From Patescibacteria group bacterium (lineage in GTDB: Bacteria; Patescibacteriota; Patescibacteriia; UBA10025; JAHIVO01), in NCBI GenBank assembly GCA_041650915.1, contig JBAZKE010000003.1, positions 149,226-213,225 of the forward strand: DNA of 64,000 nt, given 5' to 3'. Below the pieces are notes generated by a model. The model saw nothing but the letters and a program-made list of their open reading frames with translations, was not told the origin of the DNA and did no database searches. Below, piece by piece: positions 1 to 9,732 of this stretch (position 1 is its first letter; every line of letters starts with the position of its first letter). Both the position numbers and the translations under genes were made by a program.

Positions 1-239
1 CTGACCTCGAGTCCACGGTCATTAGCATCGTGCAGTGGGCACTCGGTTTTCTCGGCCTCATTGCCGTTATTTTCATCCTCTACGGAGGCTTCACCTGGAT
101 GACGGCCGGTGGCAATGAAGATAAAATTTCGACCGCAAAAAAGATTATCACTGCTGCGGTCATTGGTTTGATCGTCATCTTGCTCGCGTGGGCGATCGTA
201 ACCTTCGTCGTTGGGCAGGCAAATGATCTTACGACATAA
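1..239 (+). CDS. TrbC/VirB2-like T4SS pilin family small membrane protein, 5'-truncated by window start (frame is open from nt 3; the ATG at 30 is internal)
   Basis: The reading frame is open from nt 3 (DLESTVISIVQWALGFLGL...). The ~78 visible residues align by eye at roughly two-thirds identity with the C-terminal part of the 119-aa product of 24032..24391 (shared DL.STVI.IVQW.LGFLGL, YGGF, KKIITAAVIGL, LLAWAIVTFV). Two hydrophobic helices; TAA stop at 237-239. Confidence 0.5.
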   Translation, partial: DLESTVISIVQWALGFLGLIAVIFILYGGFTWMTAGGNEDKISTAKKIITAAVIGLIVILLAWAIVTFVVGQANDLTT

Positions 240-359
240 CACTCGAATGTTCGCGTAATAAGATTCGCGGTAATTGATCCGTGTTTGCAAAACGATTCCA
301 GCGCTGTGGCCGGAATCGTTTTGAGTTTTTGAGTAATATGTTACACTGAACCTGCCGCT

Positions 360-3056
360 ATGCCTAAGCACTACTATACATTACCAGCGAGCGAGGTCGT
401 GAAAGACCTCCGGACTTCAGCTGCTGAAGGGCTGACGTCGGATGAGGTGGCGTCGCGGCTCGAAAAGTACGGACCGAACGAACTCCCCCGTGAAGGGTCG
501 TTTTCCGTTTTCGCGCTTTTTTTCAGCCAGTTTAAGAGCATGCTCATCTACATCCTCATCGGTGCCGCAGCAATCAGCTTCATGCTCAACGATACCGTCG
601 ATGCGTGGGTGATCATCGCGGCAATCACGCTCAACGTCATCGTCGGTTTTATCCAGGAGTTTCGGGCGCAGAAATCGCTCGAGAAGCTCAGGGAGATTGT
701 CACGCAGTACGCTGACGTGCGGCGTAACGGGCATGAAGTCGAACGGGAGGCGCGGGAGCTTGTGCCGGGCGATATCGTATTTCTGCGTGCAGGCAATAGG
801 GTGCCGGCTGATATCCGCCTGCTATCGGCGGCCGATCTGCACATATCCGAGGCGAGCTTGACCGGCGAATCATCGCCCATCAAGAAGACGGCCGAGACGC
901 TGCCCTCCGCGGTTATTCTCGCGGAGCAGAATAACATGGCGTTCATGGGCACCACAATCGCCGCCGGCTTCGGCAAGGGTGTCGTTGTGGGGACCGGCAT
1001 GGCAACGCAGCTTGGTAAAATCGCAGAGCTCATCAAGCAGGCACACGAGGAAGAGACGCCGCTTCAGGAGAAGCTTGGTTCTTTCGCAAAGTACCTCGGC
1101 TTCGTGATATTGGGCGTCGCGGCGATTATTTTTGTCATTGGCATCACTCTCGGGTACGACTTTGAGCAGATGTTTACAACCGCCGTCGCGCTCGCAGTCG
1201 CCGCCGTGCCAGAGGGGCTCGTCGTTGTCGTCACGGTTATTCTCGCCATTGGCATGCAGCGCATCCTTAAGCACCGTTCGCTCGTGCGCAAGCTCGTCGC
1301 TGCAGAGACACTCGGTTCAACAACCGTCATTTGCACTGATAAGACTGGCACCCTGACGGAGGGGGAAATGCGCGTCGTGCGCATTATTACGCACAACAGC
1401 GACTTTGACACCGTGCGCGATCTGGTTGAGCGTTCGGGTGAGGATATTTCGATGCAGGGGTACTTTTTAGCGCTCAAAATCGGCGTTATCGCTTCAGATG
1501 CGGTTATTGAAAATCCCGATGAGGCGATTGCCCATCGTACAGTCATCGGCATGCCGACGGAGAAGGCGCTCGTACTGCTTGCCTCCCAAGCGGGGATCAA
1601 CCTGGAAAAAATGCGTAAAGAGAACAGGCGCCTCGATGTCGTGCCGTTTGATTCGAAGCGCAAATTTATGGTCACGCTCAATGAGGATAGCCGGGGAAAC
1701 CACATAGTTTACTGCAAGGGTGCGCCTGAAGTGCTGCTTCGGAGCGCAACCCACGTTGACCTCGATGGAAGCGTTGCGGAGCTCGATAAGAAGAAGCGCG
1801 ATAAGCTCCGGCGGGAATTTGAAAAGCTGAGCAGGGAAGGGCTGCGCATACTTGCGCTGGGCTATAAGAAGGTTTCCGAAGGTACGATAACTATTGGCGA
1901 TGACGAGTCAGCACTCAGGGGGATCGTGTTTGTCGGATTTGCCGGCATTAAAGATCCCCTGCGGCCGGAAGCGAAAGCAACGATAGCAGATTGCCTGGCA
2001 GCGGGCATTAGGCCGGTTATGCTGACCGGTGACCACAAGCTGACCGCGCAGGCTATCGCGGGAGAGCTCGGCCTTCCGAACAGACCAGAGAACGTCATTG
2101 AGGGCGAGGAGTTTGCCAAACTCGACGAGAAGACGCTGAGGGAGCGGATAGCGGATTTTTCAGTGTACGCACGCGTAACGCCGCGTGATAAGCTGCGAAT
2201 TATTGATGCGTGGCAAGACCGCGGAGAGATCGTCGCAATGACCGGCGATGGCGTCAATGACGCACCCGCCCTGAAAGCTGCGGATATCGGCGTCGCGCTC
2301 GGATCCGGGACCGATGTGGCGAAGGAGACAGCGGATATCGTCCTGCTCGACAATAATTTCAAGACGATCGTGCGTGCCGTCATGCAGGGCAGGATTATCT
2401 ATGAAAATATCAAGAAGGTCATCCTTTACCTCATGTCAGACAGCTTTACCGAAATGGTTATTATTACAGCTGCGGTTCTCATGCGCTGGGAGCTGCCGCT
2501 CCTCGCAGCGCAAATTCTGTGGATCAATTTAGTTACCGACGGCTTCCCGAATATTGCGCTGACCATAGAGCCCGGCGAACGCGATATCATGGAGCAGCGC
2601 CCGGTTTCTCCGAAAGCTTCGATTGTTGATTTTGAAATGAAGTTTATCATCGGCCTCATCAGCTTGCTTACCGGCATGCTCGCACTCGGAATTTTTTACT
2701 ATACCTACAAGAGTACGGGCGACCTTAACCTCGCACGGACGATGACATTCGCCGCTGTTGCAGTCGATTCCCTGCTGTACGTTTTTTCCGTAAGGAGCAT
2801 ACGGTACTCCATCTGGCACCGGGAGACTTTTTCAAATAAGTACTTGCTCGTCGCCGTAGCGCTCGGGTTTGGGCTGCAACTTATCGCCATCTACCTGCCA
2901 TTTTTCCAGGATCTTTTTCAGACCGTACCGCTCTCAAGCAAGAATTGGGCGGTCGTGCTGTCAATCGGCCTATTCTCGATAATGGCCATCGAGGTAAGTA
3001 AGTGGGCATTCATGCGGTTCCGCAAGCAGCGGGACGGCATCGCTGCCCGCAGCTAG
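360..3056 (+). CDS. P-type cation-transporting ATPase (type IIA, Ca2+/Mg2+-ATPase-like)
   Basis: 898 aa. DKTGTLT phosphorylation motif (ICTDKTGTLTEGEM), TGDHKLTA, hinge motif TGDGVNDAPALKAADIGVA, about 10 hydrophobic segments and an N-terminal cation-ATPase-N-like region. Confidence 0.9.
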   Translation: MPKHYYTLPASEVVKDLRTSAAEGLTSDEVASRLEKYGPNELPREGSFSVFALFFSQFKSMLIYILIGAAAISFMLNDTVDAWVIIAAITLNVIVGFIQEFRAQKSLEKLREIVTQYADVRRNGHEVEREARELVPGDIVFLRAGNRVPADIRLLSAADLHISEASLTGESSPIKKTAETLPSAVILAEQNNMAFMGTTIAAGFGKGVVVGTGMATQLGKIAELIKQAHEEETPLQEKLGSFAKYLGFVILGVAAIIFVIGITLGYDFEQMFTTAVALAVAAVPEGLVVVVTVILAIGMQRILKHRSLVRKLVAAETLGSTTVICTDKTGTLTEGEMRVVRIITHNSDFDTVRDLVERSGEDISMQGYFLALKIGVIASDAVIENPDEAIAHRTVIGMPTEKALVLLASQAGINLEKMRKENRRLDVVPFDSKRKFMVTLNEDSRGNHIVYCKGAPEVLLRSATHVDLDGSVAELDKKKRDKLRREFEKLSREGLRILALGYKKVSEGTITIGDDESALRGIVFVGFAGIKDPLRPEAKATIADCLAAGIRPVMLTGDHKLTAQAIAGELGLPNRPENVIEGEEFAKLDEKTLRERIADFSVYARVTPRDKLRIIDAWQDRGEIVAMTGDGVNDAPALKAADIGVALGSGTDVAKETADIVLLDNNFKTIVRAVMQGRIIYENIKKVILYLMSDSFTEMVIITAAVLMRWELPLLAAQILWINLVTDGFPNIALTIEPGERDIMEQRPVSPKASIVDFEMKFIIGLISLLTGMLALGIFYYTYKSTGDLNLARTMTFAAVAVDSLLYVFSVRSIRYSIWHRETFSNKYLLVAVALGFGLQLIAIYLPFFQDLFQTVPLSSKNWAVVLSIGLFSIMAIEVSKWAFMRFRKQRDGIAARS

Positions 3057-3109
3057 TTTCGTTGAGCAAAGGCATGTCTTCTCAAGGGCGTTTTTTATTG
3101 ACTGCATAT

Positions 3110-3138
3110 TTGTCAAAAGCATAAAAAAACGGTATAAT
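3110..3138 (+). promoter_or_regulatory. sigma70-like promoter candidate upstream of asnS (TTGTCA-17nt-TATAAT)
   Basis: TTGTCA at 3110-3115, 17-nt spacer, TATAAT at 3133-3138, about 15 nt before the ATG at 3153. Confidence 0.4.
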
Positions 3139-3152
3139 ATCGGCATATCCAT

Positions 3153-4454
3153 ATGCCTATAGTACGTATTTCCGAAGTTAAGAACTACAAAGACAAACAG
3201 GTGACCATTCAGGGGTGGGTTGCTAATGTCCGTTCTAGCGGGAAGATCGTTTTTTTGCAATTGCGCGATGGATCTGCGGGGCTATTGCAAGCGGTTGTGA
3301 CGGCGCTTGTTGCCAATAAAGAGGTAGGTTATTGGAAAACTGCTGGATTATTGACAATTGAATCGTCAGTGCAAGTTATTGGAACGGTTAAAGCCGAATC
3401 GCGCGCTCCCGGCGGTTTTGAGCTGGAAGTGACTGATCTGCAGCTTGTCCACCAGGCAGCGGAGTACCCCATTGGCAAGAAAGAGCATGGCCCGGATTTT
3501 TTGCTGAATAACCGGCATCTGTGGCTTCGTTCTCAGCGCCAAGCTGCGATTATGCGCGTCCGCGATAGCATTATTTGGGCTTTGCGGGAGTTTTTCCGTA
3601 AAGAAGGTTTTATAATGACCGATACGCCGATTCTGACGCCGACATCGTGCGAGGGAACCACGACGCTGTTCGAAACGGATTACTTCGACGAAAAGGCGTA
3701 CCTGTCCCAGTCCGGCCAGCTGTATCTGGAGGCGCTCTGCATGGCATTAGGGAAAGTGTATGATTTTGGGCCGACGTTCCGCGCCGAGAAGTCAAAAACA
3801 CGGCGGCATCTGACTGAGTTCTGGATGCTTGATGCGGAGATGGCATTTTTCGATTTGGATGCCAGCATCGACCTTCAGGAACGGATGGTTGTCTATGTGG
3901 TACAGAAGGTGCTTTCTGACTGTGCTCCTGAACTCGCATTGCTAAAGCGGGATACGGCGCCGCTTCAGAAGGTGAAGGCGCCATTTATCCGGATGACGTA
4001 CGGGGAAGCGCTCCAGGAACTGAAAAAACTCGGCTCTGACATCGAGTGGGGCACTGATCTCGGAAACGACGATGAGACCCTTCTTACGAAAGCGCACGAC
4101 CGCCCGATTTTTATTACACGGTATCCTGCGGCGATCAAGGCGTTCTATATGAAGCCTGATCCGCAGGACGCGAAGCTTGCGTTGTGCGCCGATATGCTTG
4201 CGCCGGAAGGATATGGAGAGGTGATTGGCGGATCGCAGCGCATCGACGATCTCGCATTGCTTGAGGATCGAATCAAGGAAAATAAATTGAAACGGGATGA
4301 CTTCGAGTGGTATCTCGACCTCCGCCGGTACGGCTCTGTTCCGCATGCGGGATTCGGTATCGGGCTCGAGCGCACAGTCGCCTGGATGTGCGGGCTTAAC
4401 CATGTGCGCGAAACTATTCCCTTCCCGCGGTTGCTGAACAGGCTCCGCCCTTAA
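3153..4454 (+). CDS. asnS: asparagine--tRNA ligase (class IIb; an archaeal-type AspRS is not fully excluded)
   Basis: 433 aa. N-terminal OB-fold anticodon-binding region (VTIQGWVANVRSSGKIVFLQLRDGS). Motif 2 FRAEKSKTRRHLTEFWMLDAEMAF, where EFWML is AsnRS-like. GGSQR and motif 3 GFGIGLERTVAWMCG. Confidence 0.7.
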   Translation: MPIVRISEVKNYKDKQVTIQGWVANVRSSGKIVFLQLRDGSAGLLQAVVTALVANKEVGYWKTAGLLTIESSVQVIGTVKAESRAPGGFELEVTDLQLVHQAAEYPIGKKEHGPDFLLNNRHLWLRSQRQAAIMRVRDSIIWALREFFRKEGFIMTDTPILTPTSCEGTTTLFETDYFDEKAYLSQSGQLYLEALCMALGKVYDFGPTFRAEKSKTRRHLTEFWMLDAEMAFFDLDASIDLQERMVVYVVQKVLSDCAPELALLKRDTAPLQKVKAPFIRMTYGEALQELKKLGSDIEWGTDLGNDDETLLTKAHDRPIFITRYPAAIKAFYMKPDPQDAKLALCADMLAPEGYGEVIGGSQRIDDLALLEDRIKENKLKRDDFEWYLDLRRYGSVPHAGFGIGLERTVAWMCGLNHVRETIPFPRLLNRLRP

Positions 4455-4458
4455 CCCT

Positions 4459-4872
4459 ATGGATGTACGGCATGACAATAGAGGAATATCGGCTGTCGCC
4501 ATTATTCTGCTCGGCATGATGGCGCTCTCGGTCGTGCTGCTCGACGGGATTTCAATAAATCTGAAACAAAAAGAGGAGGCCCGGGCGGCAGTGGCAGCGG
4601 GCTTGCAGCGTGCGGTTGCATTGTGCGGCAATCCAGCGGAGCGGCTGCCGGAAGACTGCCCCATCGTTGCGGTGTACCAGTGTGACGCGAACTATATTCT
4701 TACGAGTGATTGTATGGGCGTCGGCGATGTGCTGCTCAGCGGCAGCGGAGAATACGTTGCATGGTGCGGTTACGCGTCAATTGATACAGCAGTGCGGGAG
4801 TGCGGGCGCTACTGGCTTGATGCGGAGGGCAATGATTGCACGCTCGGTAATAATTTATGCAGCGATTTATGA
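4459..4872 (+). CDS. hypothetical secreted/membrane-anchored cysteine-rich protein (TadE/pseudopilin-like N-terminus?)
   Basis: 137 aa. N-terminal hydrophobic helix (RGISAVAIILLGMMALSVVLL) followed by a C-terminal region with 8 Cys. Overlaps the next ORF by 16 nt. Confidence 0.35.
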   Translation: MDVRHDNRGISAVAIILLGMMALSVVLLDGISINLKQKEEARAAVAAGLQRAVALCGNPAERLPEDCPIVAVYQCDANYILTSDCMGVGDVLLSGSGEYVAWCGYASIDTAVRECGRYWLDAEGNDCTLGNNLCSDL

Positions 4873-5459
4873 AGATAGGGTACAATCGTGAAATATCGAC
4901 ATTTTGGGGGATTTCGACGATCATTATTCTGTCGATGGTTGTCGTTTTTGTTTTTTACTTCTTGTATTTTTTCTGGATCGAAAATCCGACTCCGACATCG
5001 AATATCCTCGTCGTGCGTGCTTTCCAGCGGCGTGCGATTTCCATCCCTGACACGGTCGATACGGCAGCCTTGGTCTCGTATGCTGATTTCGAGAATAAGT
5101 TTTCCCTGTACCTGCCTGTCGGCTACTCCGTTAATTATGATGAAATTTATTACGGTGAAACGCCGGGAACCATCGTTACCTTTTCAAAAAGCAATGCTGA
5201 AAGTTTTTCAATGAGGATTTTTTCGGCTCAGGAGAACACGAGCATAGAGGACAGTTTCAGGCAGATAACGAATGTTGAACTCTCACCGCTCCAGTGGTTC
5301 AGCGAGGAGGTTGACGGCCGCGAAGCAGTTGTGTACCGCATGCAGCCGGGCGATCCAAACGGAGACCAGCTCTATTTTCTGTGGAACGGGATGCTCTTCG
5401 AGGTTCCCTTCAATGAGCGGTCGGTTCAGGTTCTGGCGACGTTTGAATTTTTAGATTAA
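4857..5459 (+). CDS. hypothetical membrane-anchored protein with PsbP/Mog1-like extracytoplasmic domain (tentative)
   Basis: 200 aa. N-terminal TM helix. Motif YADFENKFSLYLPVGYSVNYDE resembles the GYS(F/V).YP..W core also present in 25269..27146 and 27160..28209. Confidence 0.4.
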   Translation: MQRFMKIGYNREISTFWGISTIIILSMVVVFVFYFLYFFWIENPTPTSNILVVRAFQRRAISIPDTVDTAALVSYADFENKFSLYLPVGYSVNYDEIYYGETPGTIVTFSKSNAESFSMRIFSAQENTSIEDSFRQITNVELSPLQWFSEEVDGREAVVYRMQPGDPNGDQLYFLWNGMLFEVPFNERSVQVLATFEFLD

Positions 5460-5460
5460 G

Positions 5461-6867
5461 TTGAGATGTATGGATAGGACGCTTATCAGCGCAACGCGGG
5501 ATCATGTGGGGCATGAGGTGCGGCTCTGCGGTTGGATCCACGCGACCCGCCGCATGGGGAAGATGGTGTTTATCGACCTGCGTGACGTGAGCGGTTTAGT
5601 GCAGGCCGTTTTCCTGCCGGACAATAAGCCGCTCCTCGAACAGGCCCAGAGCCTTCGGCCGGAATTTGTCGTCGAGGTTGTCGGCCAGGTTAATGAACGT
5701 CCAAAAAAGCTCGTCAACAAGGAAATGTTGACCGGTACGGTTGAAATTCAGGCGCATGCGCTCAAGGTTCTCGCCGAATCAAAAACGCCCCCATTCGAAA
5801 TCGTCGAGACTGAGAAGGAGGAAGTCGGGGAAGAGGTGCGGTACCGGTACCGTTATCTCGATCTTCGGCGGGCGCACAACAGGGATCGCATACTCCGCCG
5901 GTCACGGGCAATAAAATTTATCAGGGACTACCTGCATGAGCGGGGTTTCGTTGAAATAGAAACGCCAATACTGGCAAAGTCCACGCCGGAGGGCGCCCGC
6001 GATTACCTTGTGCCGTCGCGGCAGTATGAGGGAAAGTTTTATGCGCTCCCGCAGTCGCCGCAGCAGTATAAGCAGATGCTCATGGTGGCGGGTTTTGATA
6101 AATACTTCCAGATTGCGCCGTGCTTTCGCGATGAGGATGCCCGCGGGGATCGGGCGCCCGACCAGTTTTACCAGCTCGACCTCGAGATGTCGTTCATTGA
6201 GCAGGCGGATATCCTTGACCTGACGGAGAAACTCTTTACCGCGATGGTACAGGCGGTATTTCCGGAAAAGCACATGACGTTTGGCACGTGGCCGAGGATC
6301 TCATACGACGAGGCGATGAAGAAGTACAGCACGGATAAGCCAGATCTACGAAAGGACAAGAACGATCCAAACGAGCTCGCATTCTGTTTTATCGTTGATT
6401 GGCCTTTGTTTGAGCCGGAAATGGAAGACGGGCACTATGCACCGGCGCACCACATCTTTACCGCGCCCCGCACCGAGGATATCCCGCTGCTCGATTCGGA
6501 TCCATCACAGGCACGTTCATGGCAGCACGATCTCGCGCTGAACGGGTACGAGGTTGGCGGAGGGAGCATTCGGATTACCGATCCTCAGCTTCAGGAAAAA
6601 GTGCTCGGGCTCGTGGGAATTTCTCAGAGTGAAGCGCGGGAGCAGTTCGGGCATATGCTCGAAGCGTTCCAGTATGGCGTTCCGCCGCACGGTGGAATCG
6701 CGCCGGGGATCGACAGGATGCTCATGGTACTCCTCAACGCACCAAACGTACGCGAAGTCGTCGCATTCCCCAAGACAGGCGACAACCGTGAGCCGATGAC
6801 GGGCTCCCCCTCAAGCGTTTCCGAGCAGCAGCTGAAGGATTTGCACATACAGCTCCGCCGTAAGTAA
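5461..6867 (+). CDS. aspS: aspartate--tRNA ligase, compact form lacking the GAD insertion domain
   Basis: 468 aa. OB-fold N-terminus (RLCGWIHATRRMGKMVFIDLRD). Bacterial-type motif 2 CFRDEDARGDRAPDQFYQLDLEMSF and motif 3 GGIAPGIDRMLMVL. The true start is possibly the internal Met at 5470. Confidence 0.85.
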   Translation: MRCMDRTLISATRDHVGHEVRLCGWIHATRRMGKMVFIDLRDVSGLVQAVFLPDNKPLLEQAQSLRPEFVVEVVGQVNERPKKLVNKEMLTGTVEIQAHALKVLAESKTPPFEIVETEKEEVGEEVRYRYRYLDLRRAHNRDRILRRSRAIKFIRDYLHERGFVEIETPILAKSTPEGARDYLVPSRQYEGKFYALPQSPQQYKQMLMVAGFDKYFQIAPCFRDEDARGDRAPDQFYQLDLEMSFIEQADILDLTEKLFTAMVQAVFPEKHMTFGTWPRISYDEAMKKYSTDKPDLRKDKNDPNELAFCFIVDWPLFEPEMEDGHYAPAHHIFTAPRTEDIPLLDSDPSQARSWQHDLALNGYEVGGGSIRITDPQLQEKVLGLVGISQSEAREQFGHMLEAFQYGVPPHGGIAPGIDRMLMVLLNAPNVREVVAFPKTGDNREPMTGSPSSVSEQQLKDLHIQLRRK

Positions 6868-6874
6868 TCCTCCT

Positions 6875-7198
6875 ATGCGACTCTCAGGATTGCAAAAGTA
6901 TATATTACTGAACGTCCTCGGTTCGAGAGGGGTGTTCACCCGTAAACAGCTTTCCCAGTACTACGGCAAGCTGAAAGAGAAACCGACACCGGAAGACCAG
7001 CAGGGCATCATTACGAGGAGCCTCGAGCGCCTCATCGATAAGGGGCTGCTCATCGGGTACGGCAGGCGCACTCCTCAGAAGTGGTTCATCGATGAGGTCC
7101 GCTTGACGAGTGCGGGGAAGCGCACGGCGCGGAAGCTGATCGGGGAGCAGCAATCCCTCCCGTTTCGCAGAAGAAAAGCAGTGAAGAATAAGCAATAA
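6875..7198 (+). CDS. small basic winged-helix-like DNA-binding protein (hypothetical)
   Basis: 107 aa, lysine/arginine-rich, helix-turn-helix-like segment (ITRSLERLIDKGLL); no family assignable by eye. Confidence 0.3.
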   Translation: MRLSGLQKYILLNVLGSRGVFTRKQLSQYYGKLKEKPTPEDQQGIITRSLERLIDKGLLIGYGRRTPQKWFIDEVRLTSAGKRTARKLIGEQQSLPFRRRKAVKNKQ

Positions 7199-7210
7199 TT
7201 TACTACTCGT

Positions 7211-9037
7211 ATGCTAAAAACAGTGCGCATGTTAGCACAGCAATTCCTGACCCTGTTCTTCGGCGTCTGTTTCCTGCTCCCGCAGCTCGTGCTCGCCGAT
7301 GGAATGGTCGTTCCGCCGGTGGACTACTGGGTTCAGGAGACTGACCAAGAAGCTGTCATCCTGTACGACCAGGGCATCGAGACGCTCATCATATCCATAA
7401 CGTTCGAGGGGAATGCCAAAGATTTTGGATGGGTAGTCCCCGCGCCGGCACAGCCGACCGTCGAGAAGGGATCTGATGAGCTTTTTACCAACCTTGAGGA
7501 GCTGACCCGGCAGCGGTACTCTTACGAGGAAAATGTTTTTGGGCTCGGCACAGCTGACAGCGTCAAGCAGCCGGGTGTAACGATTATTGAGACGAAAAAG
7601 ATAGACTACTACGACGTCACGGTCCTCTCTTCGACGGATGAGGGTTCGCTGACGGCGTGGCTCAACGACAATGGGTATTCATTCCCGGAATCGGCATCGT
7701 ACATACTTGACAGCTACATTGAAAACGGGTGGTACTTCGTTGCGATGAAAATCAATCCCGAGAGCCTCGAGTGGGCTGACGTTTCACAGCAGCTCAAGAC
7801 AGGGCACGCAACCCCGGTTTCAATTTCTTTTGAGACAAAGAATATCGTATACCCGCTGAAGATTTCGTCCGTCGTGAGCCGTAACAAAGACGGGGCAGCC
7901 ACCGGGCAGACGCCTGACTACACGAGCGGTAAGATTGGCATGTCGGTGCCGGTTACGGACAGGGAGATCACTTCGATTGATGCCGACAGTGCGTTCAATC
8001 CAACCGAGGGGACCATTGAGATGTGGTTCCGGCCGAACTATACGTGGAATGGCACGGCGACGGGGTACTGGGAATTTTTGAATGTCGTTGACAGTGATAC
8101 GGATGCGAGCGGCAGGCAGGTGCTCGAGGTCAGGCGGGGGAAGGATTCGATCAACGATACGCTGCAGTTCGTGGCGTACGGGCCGACCGGCACCACCCAG
8201 GTGTGGAGCGCGAACATCAATTCCGCAGTAACCTGGGAGAGCGGCACCTGGTACAGTATGGCAGTCACCTGGTCAGCGGACCAAGCGCCGAAATTTTACC
8301 TCAATGGGACTGAATACCAGACTGAGCCCTCGTATAGCGCCTCAAAATGGGAAATGAGGGACCATACGGGCACGACGCTCTACTTGGGGCAGCGCGGTGA
8401 TATGCTCGGCTCGTACTCGCTGCGGGCGGCATTTGACGAGGTGAGGATTTCTTCATCGATCAAGGGGGCGGATGATATCCTCGCCGCATACAATCAGGTT
8501 AACGGTGGCAAGCAACTGGCGGTTGCCGATGATACGCTGCTGCTTGCGCACGTGGACAGCTCCCTCAAGGATGAGAAGTCGGGCGAGTTCTTGAGCTATG
8601 AGGATCGGGAAACGACTGCGGTCACGTACGATTCTTACTATGAGCAGCCGGTCACCATCCTCCTGCACGTCATTTCCGACCATCGGAAGACGCTGCCTGG
8701 ATTTTCTACAAACTACGCGAATTGGATTCAGAAGGAGAGCATCGAGAGGCTTGCGCTCGATGACCAGGGCGATCCGCTCCTGCAGCCTTCTGAAAAAAAG
8801 TACTACCTGACGTCTCTGACGAGGAGCATGGATTACGAAGAGATGACGGAAGATTTATTCCTCCGGGACGCCGATACGAACGAAACGATCGGTGACCGGA
8901 TTGATGCGGACGGCCCGAGCAGCGCGACGCCATTCTACATCGCGATTGGGGTCGGTGTCGCGCTTTCGATCGGCATCGCGATTACCATACTCGTTTTCAG
9001 CCGGAAAGCGCCGCCAGCTCACGGTACGAAGGAATAA
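7211..9037 (+). CDS. secreted DUF2330-like protein with inserted concanavalin A-like/LamG lectin domain and C-terminal TM anchor
   Basis: 608 aa. Signal peptide (FLLPQLVLADG). N-terminal pattern AVILYDQGIETLIISITFEGNAKDFGWVVPAPAQP resembles DUF2330. Central segment IEMWFRPNYTWNGTATGYWEF...LGQRGDMLGSYSLRAAFDEVRISS is LamG-like. C-terminal hydrophobic helix (FYIAIGVGVALSIGIAITILVF). Confidence 0.45.
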   Translation: MLKTVRMLAQQFLTLFFGVCFLLPQLVLADGMVVPPVDYWVQETDQEAVILYDQGIETLIISITFEGNAKDFGWVVPAPAQPTVEKGSDELFTNLEELTRQRYSYEENVFGLGTADSVKQPGVTIIETKKIDYYDVTVLSSTDEGSLTAWLNDNGYSFPESASYILDSYIENGWYFVAMKINPESLEWADVSQQLKTGHATPVSISFETKNIVYPLKISSVVSRNKDGAATGQTPDYTSGKIGMSVPVTDREITSIDADSAFNPTEGTIEMWFRPNYTWNGTATGYWEFLNVVDSDTDASGRQVLEVRRGKDSINDTLQFVAYGPTGTTQVWSANINSAVTWESGTWYSMAVTWSADQAPKFYLNGTEYQTEPSYSASKWEMRDHTGTTLYLGQRGDMLGSYSLRAAFDEVRISSSIKGADDILAAYNQVNGGKQLAVADDTLLLAHVDSSLKDEKSGEFLSYEDRETTAVTYDSYYEQPVTILLHVISDHRKTLPGFSTNYANWIQKESIERLALDDQGDPLLQPSEKKYYLTSLTRSMDYEEMTEDLFLRDADTNETIGDRIDADGPSSATPFYIAIGVGVALSIGIAITILVFSRKAPPAHGTKE

Positions 9038-9093
9038 GAAACAATTTATTCAAAATATTAAACCCGAATATTTCGGGCAGAAAGGAACATAGT

Positions 9094-9654
9094 ATGCCAG
9101 AGAACGTACTGCCTCAGTCACCGCCGCCCCCACCCCCGCCGATACAGAAGAAGCATCGGGTTTCGTGGGTTGCCGTTTTGCTCGTTATCATCCTCGTGCT
9201 CGTCCTGATCGGCCTCGGAGAACGTTTCATGTTTGACCTCAATCGGTGGTTCAACCCCGCCTGCTCGCAGTTTTGCGATTACAGCTACCGCACTACCTCA
9301 TTGGTGCAATCGTCGACCACGTATGATCGCGAGTCATACGAGCTCTACCGGCTGCTCATACACACCGCCTTCGTGATACCCGTATTGCTTGGCGCGTTCC
9401 TTCTGTACTTCGTACAGCACTTCAAAAAGTCGTGGAGCCCAAAGCGTCTCGTCTTGTGGCCCTACCTCATCTTTTCTCTGTGGATGACGCTCCACTTGGT
9501 GTTTGAGACGTTCTATTTCCTCATCAAGCAGTACAAAACGCTTGGGATTTACATCGTGCTCGTGCTGCTCGTCGGCCTGCTGACGTGGCTCGCTCTGTTT
9601 ATCCAGAAGAAGTACCACGAAAAGCACGAGCAGAAAACGCCGATGCAGCAGTAG
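9094..9654 (+). CDS. hypothetical polytopic membrane protein with poly-proline N-terminus
   Basis: 186 aa. PPPPPPPI run near the N-terminus and four hydrophobic helices. Confidence 0.4.
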   Translation: MPENVLPQSPPPPPPPIQKKHRVSWVAVLLVIILVLVLIGLGERFMFDLNRWFNPACSQFCDYSYRTTSLVQSSTTYDRESYELYRLLIHTAFVIPVLLGAFLLYFVQHFKKSWSPKRLVLWPYLIFSLWMTLHLVFETFYFLIKQYKTLGIYIVLVLLVGLLTWLALFIQKKYHEKHEQKTPMQQ

Positions 9655-9732
9655 CAATTTTTACGGCAAGTCAGTTTTGGCGATAGGATGCCGTCCACTG
9701 GATAAAATATCATTCATTAATACGCTGGCTCT

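Noticed and set aside
30-239. Treating the ATG at 30 as the true start of a complete 69-aa ORF
   Set aside because: The frame is open back to nt 3, and the upstream residues (DLESTVISIV) align with the paralog at 24032..24391. The gene is therefore truncated by the window edge rather than starting at 30.
417-2890. Multiple 60-200-aa ORFs on both strands inside the P-type ATPase gene
   Set aside because: They overlap a confidently identified 898-aa gene with intact catalytic motifs. These are spurious frames typical of high-GC DNA.
3057-3109. Rho-independent terminator after the P-type ATPase (GGGCGTTTTTTATT)
   Set aside because: A T-run is present, but I could not find a convincing complementary GC-rich stem immediately upstream, so it is not annotated.
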